This document shows, piece by piece, positions 53,791 through 64,000 of a DNA stretch of 64,000 bases (its first letter is position 1; every line of letters begins with the position of its first letter). The position numbers were made by a program, and so were the translations under genes. The notes beneath the pieces were generated by a model. That model was not told the origin of the DNA and did not search any database. It was given only the letters and a program-made list of their open reading frames with translations. The DNA is taken from contig CBDCCK010000002.1 in NCBI GenBank assembly GCA_965214835.1, positions 2,592,001 to 2,656,000 on the forward strand, written 5' to 3'. The stretch comes from Nitrosopumilaceae archaeon. Its GTDB lineage: Archaea > Thermoproteota > Nitrososphaeria > Nitrososphaerales > Nitrosopumilaceae.

Positions 53791-55020
53791 ATGAACATGG
53801 CACAGCAGGACATTCCGTTTGTTGTAGGCAAGCCGGTTACCGGCAAGTATTTCATCGACAGGAAGGAGGAATTAAAAAAGATCACCGCGCTACTGTCTGG
53901 AAACGCAATAAACAACATTGCGTTGCCGGCGCAAAGACGGACCGGCAAGTCCTCAGTCCTCTACAACCTAAAAGAGAAAGACACGGGGAAGATCCACGTC
54001 CTGTTTGATGCCTACGGCATATCCACAAAGGAGAGGTTTGCAAAATCATACATCAACTCCATCCGTCATTGCTACACAGAGAATACCGGTGACAAGGCAT
54101 ACAATAAAAGAATCAGGGAATCACTTGGTGAGGGCGCAGGCGTACTGACAGGCAAAATAAGCGATGTCGGAATATCCGTATTTGAATTTGTAAAATTTCA
54201 AGTGACAGTTAACAAAAAAGAGACAGATCCTGATGAGCTGCTGGAAGACGCGCTGAACTATGCAGAGGCGCTTGCTAAAGAGAAGGGCGTTTCGCTGGTA
54301 ATCATGATTGATGAGTTTCAGGAGCTGCTAAAATGGGGAGACGGCTTTTTGAGAATGTTCAGGAAGATCATGCAGTCCCAACAGAAGGTGTGTTATGTTT
54401 TGTCTGGTTCGGCACCCACCACAATGCGCAGGCTGGTGTATGATTCAAAGTCTCCGCTATACAGACAGTTGATGGATATACGATTAAACAGGCTGCCAAA
54501 AAGGGAGGTGATTGCGTTTGTCAAAAGGAGGCTTGCAGCAGCAAAGATTGTGGCAGATAGCGGCGCGGCGGAATACATTTTCGAACTAAGCCGCGGATAT
54601 GCTGACTATGTACAGAGAATTGGAATGCATGTCTTTTGGATGTGCTTGGACAGTAATAAAAGACGGGTTGCAAGACGCGATGTGGATGATGCATACGAGG
54701 ATATGCTGGTTCGGCTAGATGCCGATTTTGGCGCAGGTTTTTCACGGCATACGGATCTTGAAAAGGAGATATTGTTTGCATTGGCGGGAGGCAAGGCGTC
54801 GATATCTGCGATGGCCCTGGAAATCAGGACGTCTCAAAGCACAATACCAAAAACCATAAACAGGCTGATAGCATCAGACATTGTTGAGAGGTACCAGCCT
54901 GGCAAATACCGCATTGTCGACGGTGTCTTTTCAGACTGGATCTACAAACAGACGCATGCACGGGTCACACGAAGTTTCAGGTCTTCATATACAACAGAGT
55001 CAGACCACAACCCACAATAG
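53791..55020 (+). CDS. Archaeal ATPase (ATPase_2-type AAA) with C-terminal wHTH
   Basis: PF..GKPV...FIDRKEE, RRTGKSS, IMIDEFQ and LSGS. Confidence 0.88.
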   Translation: MNMAQQDIPFVVGKPVTGKYFIDRKEELKKITALLSGNAINNIALPAQRRTGKSSVLYNLKEKDTGKIHVLFDAYGISTKERFAKSYINSIRHCYTENTGDKAYNKRIRESLGEGAGVLTGKISDVGISVFEFVKFQVTVNKKETDPDELLEDALNYAEALAKEKGVSLVIMIDEFQELLKWGDGFLRMFRKIMQSQQKVCYVLSGSAPTTMRRLVYDSKSPLYRQLMDIRLNRLPKREVIAFVKRRLAAAKIVADSGAAEYIFELSRGYADYVQRIGMHVFWMCLDSNKRRVARRDVDDAYEDMLVRLDADFGAGFSRHTDLEKEILFALAGGKASISAMALEIRTSQSTIPKTINRLIASDIVERYQPGKYRIVDGVFSDWIYKQTHARVTRSFRSSYTTESDHNPQ

Positions 55021-55753
55021 ACTTTATGCGTAATCTATTCAGATCTAGGATTATTACGAACAGATTCATCTCATTCAGGTCGGTTATGCATAAAGTCTAA
55101 TAGGCAATCTAACAGGAGGATGCGCGAGACCGACATACTGACGATCTGGAGCGGGCCCATGAGACGGAAGTTGTTGGCATCATACGCTGTTCTTGGAATT
55201 ATTGCACAATTCGTCAAAATGCTTGAAGATCCCGCACGCCGCCCTCACATTGGGCGTGAGGCATAATGAAAAGCATAAGGGCTTCAAACCAAGTATGTCA
55301 AACCGGGGTTGTCGCCTAATTCATTCATGCTGCCTCCACAGGTATCCCGAGACTTGCGGCGCATTCGAACCTGTTTAGCGCCTAGAGGTTCCATCCTATG
55401 GCATTGCACAGAGCGAACCTTCTGCGGGTGGACGCCTTTCTGAACCTACACGTCAGCCTGAGAGTTGATTCGAAATTAGCAAGCTATGATTATTTGTGGA
55501 CGGATTTGTGTAAAGCAGCGCAAAATATCAGCAAAATACAAACTATCTGCGAAATCACTTGAGAAATTCGTACGGTCTATGATTTGGGATCACCTCTCTA
55601 GGGGCGTTGGCCGGAATCGCCGCTGCTGCGGCCTGAGGGCCGGCAGCAGGACAGCTACGAACGGGGCGTTCGGTCTCTGATTTCGGACAACCTCTCAGGA
55701 GGAGAGCATGACGGTTTATCACAGGGAGTCCAAGCCCCATCCACTCCATGACG

Positions 55754-55864
55754 GTAACAGCTCGGACTCTGGAAGTGAGTTGTGATTTTAGGCACGAATT
55801 ACATCTGCGGATGCCTCTTTGGCGGTAAAGCTCACGCCTGAACTTCCAGAGCCCGAGCTGTTAC
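55754..55864. mobile_element. MITE family B nested in a family-D remnant
   Basis: Exact 8-bp TSD CCATGACG. Confidence 0.9.
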
Positions 55865-55973
55865 CCATGACGTCAGATCTTGGATACTTTGTGCTTGGCT
55901 GGATGTACGAATCAAAATCATCATAATCACCACCACGCCTGAGCTTCAGAATCACGGACTGTCACTCTGGTGC

Positions 55974-56309
55974 TCATCCATACAGAAACACATCCCCCTT
56001 GGTGCTCAGATACATCGTCTTTTTGACTATTAGATCGATCAGTCTTTGCTTGTTTTTCCATTTTCCTGCAAGTCTGGACGTATCAAAACCCCTTGTACGC
56101 ACAATTTGCCTTAGCGTGTCAATGTCCAGTTTTTCCAGCTCTTCTCGCAAAAGATCCTCCCCACCTTTGGATACCAGGCCAAACAGGTCAATGTCGGGCC
56201 TTTTTCTGACCGATCTCCGTTTTGGATCCAGCAGTTTGGGATTTTTTTCTATCTGGTCTGCCAGCAGACGCAGGATGTCTGGAATCGTCAGCTCGTCATT
56301 CCGGCTCAT
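55974..56309 (-). CDS. Small helical protein translationally coupled to ParA
   Basis: ATGA overlap with the ParA gene; 111 aa. Confidence 0.8.
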   Translation of the reverse strand: MSRNDELTIPDILRLLADQIEKNPKLLDPKRRSVRKRPDIDLFGLVSKGGEDLLREELEKLDIDTLRQIVRTRGFDTSRLAGKWKNKQRLIDLIVKKTMYLSTKGDVFLYG

Positions 56310-57166
56310 CGGATCCTCTCCAGAAACTCGTTTGTAAGCTTGTCATATACGTCAAACATTGTCACATAGCCGTACTTTTGTTTTAGTGTAGCCGATACGG
56401 AACTGACATCCGCCGCATCTGCGGTTCTTACGGTCAAAGGAATCACCGTATCATAAACCGGGGGGTATTCGCCGCTTTGTGCTCTGTTTTTCAGGGACTC
56501 CATCATGGTTTTGTGTGTGGTACTTTGCTTTCTATACATTGAGATTATTATTCCTGAGGGATTGATTGTCAAATCGCTCTCTCTTGAAAAATCCGATATC
56601 CTACTCATTATTTGTGGGATGCCAAACGTTGGAAGGATGTCTGGAATGGTGGGAATGACATAAAAATCTGATATGTACAGGCCGTTTAGCGTTATTATTC
56701 CAAGGTTTGGTGGACAGTCAATGAGTACATAATCGTAATCCTGCAACACCGGCGAGATGGATCTTTTAAGAATCATAACTGGGCTGAACAGATGAAAGCG
56801 ACCCGTAGTAATTTGTGATAATTCATCCTGTATTCCTACCAGATCTAGACTTGATGGCAAGAGATCCAAGTTCGGTATGCCGTCATTCACATTGGATACT
56901 TTTTGCATTATCGAGTTTTTAATATTGAATTTTGACGTGTTGTCTAATCTGTCCTTGAACATTTGAAAAATAGTCTCGCCTTTCTCGTTCTTGTCCTTCC
57001 AAGCATCTTGCGTGATCAAAGTCATGGTAGCATTGGTTTGCGGATCTAGATCAATTACAAGTACTTTCTTCTTGTGCTGCATGGCAAGAAATTCGGCAAT
57101 GGCCACTACGGTCTGAGTTTTTCCCACTCCGCCTTTGAGATTGATCATGCTAACGGTTTTTGTCAA
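56306..57166 (-). CDS. ParA/Soj-family ATPase
   Basis: NLKGGVGKT, IDLDPQ.N and YVLIDCPP. Confidence 0.92.
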   Translation of the reverse strand: MTKTVSMINLKGGVGKTQTVVAIAEFLAMQHKKKVLVIDLDPQTNATMTLITQDAWKDKNEKGETIFQMFKDRLDNTSKFNIKNSIMQKVSNVNDGIPNLDLLPSSLDLVGIQDELSQITTGRFHLFSPVMILKRSISPVLQDYDYVLIDCPPNLGIITLNGLYISDFYVIPTIPDILPTFGIPQIMSRISDFSRESDLTINPSGIIISMYRKQSTTHKTMMESLKNRAQSGEYPPVYDTVIPLTVRTADAADVSSVSATLKQKYGYVTMFDVYDKLTNEFLERIR

Positions 57167-57364
57167 TTGTCAGTGCTGTGCCACTATGAAATTTTAACAT
57201 TGTGATCAAAGTAGTTTGGCATGAGGTCACCTACCCCTGCCAATCAGGCACACATTTGCCTGCAGTTGTGATTTTCATGCCTGTCCGGCAGGGAGGCGTG
57301 ACTTTAATTCTGCCTATGGACTACCCTATTACCAATTATATACTATCATGCGGCCATCCGGATT

Positions 57365-58315
57365 ATGTCGGATGTCGTGGGATCCTCCGTGCCGATAGGG
57401 CGCCGCCTTTGGCGCATGATGGATGCGGTCACGTGTGTGTGGGGGAGGGGCAGGAGGAGCGCCCGTGCGCTCCTCTTCAGCACCCTGCCGGACTTTCTGA
57501 TTATAGGGGCCGCCAAGTCAGGCACCACGTCGCTTTACGGCCTGATAAGCGCGCATCCACACGTGCTTCCGGCGCGGATCAAGGAGATAGAATACTTTGC
57601 CCCCACGGGAATATACTTGTCTGGCCCGACGTGGTACCGCGACCACTTTCCGACCGTACTTCATATGTATGGCTCTGCCCTGCTGCACGGACACCGGATG
57701 CTGACCGGCGAGGCCACCGCCGTCTACATGTTCCATCCAGACGTGCCGGGCCGGGTCAGGGACTTGCTTCCAAACGTCAGGCTGATAGCCATACTGCGCA
57801 ATCCCGTAGATCGCGCCTATTCGGAGTACAACATGCGACTCGGGAGGGGAAACGAGTCGCTGACCTTTGAGGACGCAATAGCCGCAGAGCGTAACAGGGC
57901 ATCGTATGGGGAGACATCGGATTCCAGATCCCAGTACAACCTCTATCACTCCTATCTGGGCAGGGGCCGCTATGCCGAGCAGCTGATCCGCTGGTACAAG
58001 TGCTTTGACAGGAACCGTCTTCTGATCCTGACGACCGAGGAGCTGGAGGACGACAGGCAGGGTATGCTTGACAGGGTCTTTGGGTTTCTGGGACTAAAGC
58101 CGTTTGAGGTGGGGGGGTCAGACGGCCTGCCGGACTCGCCTTGGATGAAGAAGTACAAGTCCGAGCCGCCCCATGCGGACGATCCCTTCAAACTCAACGT
58201 GGGAAGATACCCCGCGATGAGACGCGACACGCGGAGGATGCTGGTTGACTATTTTCGCCCGTACAACGAGCGGCTGTCTGAGCTTCTGGGGCGTGGCTTT
58301 GACTGGGATCGGTGA
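57365..58315 (+). CDS. PAPS-dependent sulfotransferase
   Basis: 5'-PSB 'IIGAAKSGTTSL' and 3'-PB 'LRNPVDRAYS'. Confidence 0.92.
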   Translation: MSDVVGSSVPIGRRLWRMMDAVTCVWGRGRRSARALLFSTLPDFLIIGAAKSGTTSLYGLISAHPHVLPARIKEIEYFAPTGIYLSGPTWYRDHFPTVLHMYGSALLHGHRMLTGEATAVYMFHPDVPGRVRDLLPNVRLIAILRNPVDRAYSEYNMRLGRGNESLTFEDAIAAERNRASYGETSDSRSQYNLYHSYLGRGRYAEQLIRWYKCFDRNRLLILTTEELEDDRQGMLDRVFGFLGLKPFEVGGSDGLPDSPWMKKYKSEPPHADDPFKLNVGRYPAMRRDTRRMLVDYFRPYNERLSELLGRGFDWDR

Positions 58316-58407
58316 CCAGTGCCCGGCACAATGCGATCTAGGCCGCATATCGGAGGGGACTCGAATCCGCCATGTGCGGGGTCGGGCCCCGGCCGGACTG
58401 AGTACAG

Positions 58408-59580
58408 AGGGTTAATTCGAAATTAGCAAATTTTGATCAAATGGGAACATAATGTACACCAACCCGATCCAAATGCCAGTAAAATGTACATAATTCATGA
58501 AGTTATTTGATAAATTGTCAAAAACTCCGGACATTCAAGAAGATGTTTGCCGGCATGACTGCCCCCGAATTTGATTTGTTGTATGCAAAGGTGGCAAAAA
58601 AAAACACCCAAAGATGGACAGAAAGAGGCTTTCTGCTTTCTGCCAAAAAAGACCGCAAGCGTGATATCATCGGTGCAGGACGCCCGACTGCCCTCAGCCT
58701 GAAGGAGAGTCTTCTGCTGTCCCTGTTCTACTACAGGACGTACGTCACACAGGACGTGGCATCTGCCATGTTCGGAATAGGACAGGCATCAGTCTCGCGC
58801 TCGATAGACAGGATTGCGCCGGTTCTCAAAAAGTGCCTGTCGATCCCCGAAAAGATCTATTCGGGCACCAAGAGAATATCCTCAGTAGAGGAGCTAATGG
58901 ACGTATTGCCAGAACTTGTCTGCCTGACAGATGCCTCAGAACAAAAGATATGCAGGCCCAAGAGAAAGGACATGGAGAAATCGCACTATTCAGGCAAGGC
59001 AGGCACGCACACAGTCAAGGTCCAGTACACCACCAACATCCACGGACTCAGTACACAAGACACACCCCACTCTCCGGGACGCGTAAACGACATCACGATG
59101 TACCAGATGAGGCATCCCACGTTCCGGTACGACCAAAGAAAGGAGAAGGAGAAGGAGAAAAAGTGTCCCGGCGGCAGCGGGGATGGTGATGCGCCACAAC
59201 AACAACAAAAGAGCACAAAGCTTCGTCACTACATGGACCGCGGATACCAGGAAGCACAGTTAGTGGATGCAGGCACGGACATCATACTCCCAATCAAGAA
59301 AAAACCGGGCGGCAAGCTCACTGATGCGCAAAAAAGAGTACAATATCACGCACTCAAAGATACGTGTGTACGTGGAGAACACCATACGCAGGGTCAAAAC
59401 ATACAGGATCATGGGCGACCGGTACCGAAGCCCACTCAAAAAGTACGACCTTGCAAACAGTATCGTGTGCGGACTGGTCAACGATGGGGCGCCGGCCAGA
59501 ATCGCTGCTGCGGCCTAATGAGTGGCGGCAGCTGAACGGTTGCAGACGGGGCACTCGATTTCTAATTTCGGATCACCTCT
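58408..59580 (+). mobile_element. IS5-family (DDE_Tnp_4-type) element with frameshifted transposase
   Basis: Imperfect TIR AGRG.T.AT.CGAAATTAG. TDASE, HYSGK and MDRGY motifs; RVYVENTI lies in another frame after an A6 run. Related short MITE at about 55461-55597. Confidence 0.85.
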
Positions 59581-60016
59581 CTGGGACGGCAGATGGCATC
59601 CAATGCCGTAGGGGCCTGCCTGCCTTAGAATGTGATTGTATTCTGGCTATTCTAGACCCCCTGTACAGTACCAACCCCGCTGGCACGATGCGTACAAAAA
59701 CGTGGATCCTTATCCCACGCCTGAGAGCTAAACCCCCCTCCCCGGACACGCGTCCCAGGCACGGTGCCGTTTTCTCAAAAAACGCCGATTTCAGGGGGGG
59801 TTTAACACCTGCTCGTAAATGCGGTAGGCAACCGTCAAAACACCCCGGTAGCTGGGCAGAGTATTGCCTATGTTTTATTTTTGTGCCTGAGAGCTAAACC
59901 CCCCTGTTTCCGGCTCGATCTTGGGAAAACAGGCACGGAAATGCACCAAACCAAGGCCATGTTTGCCCTAAAAGGGGCGGGGGGGTTTGGGCCAAGACAC
60001 CAGTGCATAAATAACT

Positions 60017-60469
60017 CTAGTCTGGACTGCCAGTGGGGGTGTATCCCGTATCGCCGTTCTTGAACCGCACCCATTCTTCCGGGGTGGATCTCCGCTTTTG
60101 ATCATCCAATGCCGCATGGAGTGCGTCTTTGGCCGCTTGGGGGAGCTTGTCATAGTTCAAAAGTCCCAGCTTGAGCCCCTTAAAGATCATGGAGATTGTT
60201 AGATACTTGTTCCTACATTGTGGAGAAAAAGTGTTCTTAAACTCTTTTTTCCACAAATCCCCCTGCGGCGGCCCTGCTGGAACAAAACCCGGAGGCAGTA
60301 GAGGAGCGTCGGGGTCGCGTTTTGGCCGCTTGGTAGCATGCAGGTCTGCAGGCGAATTTATGGGCTTGAGGACTAGATTGTCTGGGTCGTCACTTGACGG
60401 CCGGACAGTGTACAAGCCGCCAGGCAGTTTGCCCTTGGCTATGTCGTCCCACGAGTATTCTTTTGCCAT
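60017..60469 (-). CDS. Hypothetical protein
   Basis: 150-aa ORF with an AT-rich box upstream; no motif recognised. Confidence 0.55.
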   Translation of the reverse strand: MAKEYSWDDIAKGKLPGGLYTVRPSSDDPDNLVLKPINSPADLHATKRPKRDPDAPLLPPGFVPAGPPQGDLWKKEFKNTFSPQCRNKYLTISMIFKGLKLGLLNYDKLPQAAKDALHAALDDQKRRSTPEEWVRFKNGDTGYTPTGSPD

Positions 60470-61308
60470 TCTTGTCAGTCACCACTACAGTGGGCGTAGC
60501 GATGTTTTTGTATTTAACACATTTTTGCGAATTCCACCTGTGACAGGTATGATATTGCTTATATTGTCAGCAGGACCGATCCACGTTCCCAGACTCGCCA
60601 GCCCCACCGCAACAAGTGCGCGCCGCAGGAGCCGGGGCAGGGCAGCAGGTGCAGATTGCAGTACCCGCTGTCAAAAATCTATATTTCTAAACTCGAATTT
60701 AGAAATATGTGTTTTCAGGCGTGTCACATCTCCTTGCAGCAAAGCCAAGGCCATGTTTGGCCCCAAAAGGTGGCCCAGATCACATCAATGCTGAGAAAGC
60801 AATATCAGATAAACAAAAAACCAAGGATCTGGTGAGACAAGCGAACATCTCAAGCACGTACAGGATATTGTTGTATAGTCTCTTGTGATATTTCGGAAAT
60901 ACGAGGGATTGTAAACCCGTCTAACGCTTGGACATAACTGCAGTTTTTGCATTTGTAAAACACCCTGCCATCTAAATGGGCCGCTATTTTGAGTGGCTCA
61001 TTTTTTGTACATTCGGGGTAGTTGGTGTCGTGCTGAGTTTTCAACAACCACCATTACAAAACAGGCATAAAAGCACACCAAAGGCAGCCGTATACGAGGT
61101 CAGTCCCCTCACCACCATCTATGCATGAAAGCCACGGTTACGCACAAATTCACGCCTATTAGTTTAAGGCGAGGTGATCTCACACAGTTCCTAGGTCATG
61201 TAGGGTACACCGTCAAAAATCCATATTTCTAAACTCGAGTTTAGAAACATATGTCTTCAAGCGTGTCACAACTCTTTGTAGCAGACGCCAAGGCTCAAAA
61301 CGGCTCGT

Positions 61309-62211
61309 CTATTCCGAAAAGTATTGGGTGTCTATGCTGTTGATCTCGTACGTATGATCTAGGCGCACGCCCACCCCATAGTCGTACATGAATGAGGCCA
61401 GTTTTGCGCCATCAATGAGGATGACCCTAGACGAGATGTTCCTGACAAAATCATGCGTGTCCTTGGTAAACTCCGACGTGGTGACAAATATGCCCTTTTT
61501 CGCCTTTTTGGAGTCCATTGCACCTGCAAAATCCCTCACGTTACTTACTGGAACTGCGTCTTTCCATCTTTTTGCCTGAAGGCATATGATGTCGATCCCA
61601 AGCTTGTCTTCGTGTATCACGCCATCTATGCCTCCGTCGCCAGTCTTGCCCAGCACCTCGTGTTCCACACCATACCCCATTTTCCTGACTAGATCAACTA
61701 TCAACTTCTCAAAAAATTTCGGCGATTTCTCGTTCTTTATTGTGTCCAACAGATCCTTTTCAACGTCGTTCCTATATCGGACATATCCAGACTCGATCAT
61801 TTCTGTTGGTGACTTGTCACTGTTTGACGGCTCTGGATCAGTGTTAACAGACATCTTGTTTTTCCAATCGACATATTTCGGACAGTTCTCAAGCAGGAAT
61901 CGCAGGTTGACTTCGGTTGGATTTTTTGCCAGAATCTGCCTTCCCTCATCTGTGATTGACCACGCACCGTCTGATTTTTCAACAAGGCCGGCCTTTCTGA
62001 GGTATAAAGTAGTCCAGTATATCCTGTTTTGTAAAACACGTTGCCTTCCACTCTTCAAAAGCCTTGTCTTTTCTTCATCGCTCAGGCCATACTTGCCTGC
62101 AAGATCATCCTCAATCTCTATGTAAGTGAGCCCTTTCCTTTCTTGACCCCCCCCCCCCACGTTTAGCATTTTGAGGACAGGAAACATGATGGTTTGAAAG
62201 TCAGGAATCAT
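61309..62211 (-). CDS. mrr: Mrr-family type IV restriction endonuclease
   Basis: Mrr_N 'IPDFQTIM.P.L...NRI.W...YL.KAGL' and catalytic 'FE...DGGIDG...QAKRW...GIFVTTS.F'. Confidence 0.95.
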   Translation of the reverse strand: MIPDFQTIMFPVLKMLNVGGGGQERKGLTYIEIEDDLAGKYGLSDEEKTRLLKSGRQRVLQNRIYWTTLYLRKAGLVEKSDGAWSITDEGRQILAKNPTEVNLRFLLENCPKYVDWKNKMSVNTDPEPSNSDKSPTEMIESGYVRYRNDVEKDLLDTIKNEKSPKFFEKLIVDLVRKMGYGVEHEVLGKTGDGGIDGVIHEDKLGIDIICLQAKRWKDAVPVSNVRDFAGAMDSKKAKKGIFVTTSEFTKDTHDFVRNISSRVILIDGAKLASFMYDYGVGVRLDHTYEINSIDTQYFSE

Positions 62212-62386
62212 GATATGTGATTCCAATCCTTGCACGTGCAGTAAAAATGTTGCGTGATTGAAATAGTATGTTTCGTAATGGGTAGCCCCTAGCCAGAGTT
62301 GAAGTCACGTGCCTTGCCGGCCAGGCATAAAAATCACAGATGTGTGTAGACTTCTGCCTAATTACTGGGTGGAGGTGACCTCGTAC

Positions 62387-62784
62387 GCTTCGGCAGCTGT
62401 ACCGCAGCGCCGTCAGGGCAAGGAGGAAGGACAGGGGCAAGGATCTGCGCAGAAGGTTCGAGTCCTGACTGCGCAACATACTGTTCGGGTACCGGGAAAG
62501 CACGGACGACCCCGTCCTGGGCCCGGTGCTGCGCAGACTGACAAGCTCGCTGCCGCACCTGTTTACGTTCCTGGAGCACGACAACGTGCATCCCACAAAC
62601 AACGCCGCAGAGCGTGCCCTCCGTTACGCCGTCGTCTTCCGCAAGATAAGCGGGCAGATCAAGGGAGGGGAACTCTGGATGAGGAGGTGGTCGTGGTTTA
62701 TGACGTGCATACTGACATGGAGGGCAAGGGGCAGATCCGTAGCAGACGAGGTCATGAAACTGGTTTAGGAACGTGACCTCGTAC
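62387..62784 (+). mobile_element. IS66-family 3' remnant of a different subfamily; its end matches MITE family A
   Basis: 'LFTFL....PTNNAAERALR..V..RK'. Terminates in GTGACCTCGTAC. Confidence 0.85.
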
Positions 62785-62913
62785 GCAGAGAAGTGTCCCA
62801 TAATTAAAAATCATGTGAATGGCCTGGTTTTTCTACCAACCCGTCAAATAATCTGACATGCAGTATGATTTTTGCAAGCATTTTGACCTGCTTGACGCAC
62901 GTTCGTATACTGG

Positions 62914-64000
62914 TGAGGATCCCACTAGAATAGGAACGCTTTTTTTCGCACACTTTTTGAGTCAGGAGGTCGAATCACAAATATGACCAAGAAAACATGG
63001 AGTACGCAGGACAAGATAGGGATAGTCATGGAGCACATCAACACCAACATCGAGACGGCAGAGCTGTGCCGCCGCCACAACCTAGCCCCCAGGACGTTTT
63101 ACCAGTGGAGGGAGCGCTTTTTGCAGGCCGGACGCGCGTCACTGTCAGGCAGGGGCCACAAGTCAACAGAGGAGCGGCAGCAAAAGGAGATCGAGTCGCT
63201 CAAGAAAATAGTCGGAGAGTACGCCGTGGCCAATGCGGTATTAAAAAAAACCTTGGAGGCAGGCAAAAGGTGATGGCCGCAACCGAGCTGAAGAGCAAGG
63301 GATGGAGCACACGCACATCACTGCAGTGCAGCGGGGCAACCAGGACTGCACTGTACTACGAGAAGACGCCCAGAAAGGTGTTGCCTGACAGGCAGACTGT
63401 CATGCATGTGGAACGGATTGGTAAGCAGAGGCCTACATACGGCACGCGCCGCATGGCAGCCCAGATAAGACGCGAGACCGGCGTGCCGACAAACCGCAAA
63501 AGGATACAGCAGATATGCCGCAAAATAGGCTGGATCACGCCTAAAAAGACCAAAAACGACATAATCCGGGCCGGTAAAAGGGGCAGGTTCAAGCCCACAG
63601 GACCAAACCAACTGTGGGAGACTGACATCACGTACGTCTGGTGCGGCGTTGGCGGGTGGTGCTACTGCTTTAACGTAATCGATACGTTCACCCGGAAGTG
63701 GATAACATACGTATTTGACACGCAGGCCACCGCACAAGTCGCAGTCGAATCTCTGACAAAGGCAGTCTCTACAATTTCTGCAGAGGCGGCGCGCGGCTTG
63801 CTGGTCAGAAGCGACAACGGCGTCCAGTATACGAGCCGCGAATTCAAAGATAGTATGAAAGCGCTCGGGGTAAGGTGCGAGTACATCTGGCACAATACGC
63901 CCGAGCAGAACGGCCATGTCGAGTCATTTCACAAGACCCTCAAAAAGGAGTACGTCTGGCCGCATGACTTTGCCAGGTTCCAGGATGCAGAAGCCGTCCT
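62914..64000 (+). mobile_element. IS3-family element: orfA 62983-63273, orfB (integrase core) in the -1 frame, runs off the window
   Basis: TG-start IRL and HTH orfA. A8 slippery run at 63243-63250. orfB has YGTRR, WETDIT, SDNGVQY and NGHVESFH. Confidence 0.92.

Noticed and set aside
1-64000. tRNA, rRNA, integrase-bounded provirus or RNA-guided nuclease (TnpB/IscB/Cas)
   Set aside because: No recognisable motifs by eye. The IS110 pieces are short remnants with no identifiable bridge-RNA region. A covariance-model scan was not possible.

Overview
64 kb of an archaeal chromosome, most likely Nitrososphaerota (Nitrosopumilaceae-like). Support comes from Hel308, DUF2299, TIGR00266 and a thaumarchaeal 'VPxWVR' surface domain. 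The serpin and the heavy IS load suggest a host-associated lineage (inference). Short islands of core genes sit in a heavily eroded accessory/defence region. That region carries IS66, IS630, ISH3, IS5, IS3, IS481, IS110 and IS1595 elements or remnants, plus at least six MITE families, several with exact target-site duplications. Defence/toxin content includes a GmrSD (DUF262) N-terminus, HNH nucleases, a TIR protein, two PIN proteins, Fic and adenine-MTase pseudogenes, an SNF2-SWIM-HNH cluster, AbiEi/AbiEii, two RelE-like + wHTH pairs, two AAA ATPases, ParA + partner and Mrr. The strongest sequence-level result is a 7.55 kb inversion (43732-51281) between IS630-type ends. Undoing it and removing the inserted elements rejoins abiEii in frame and rebuilds a ~430-aa AT-rich gene now in four pieces. 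The best candidates for undescribed systems are the RelE-like/wHTH pair (present twice), the SNF2-SWIM-HNH cluster, the ParA + helical partner module and the reconstructed gene. No rRNA, tRNA or CRISPR array was seen. All family calls come from reading motifs, not from database searches.
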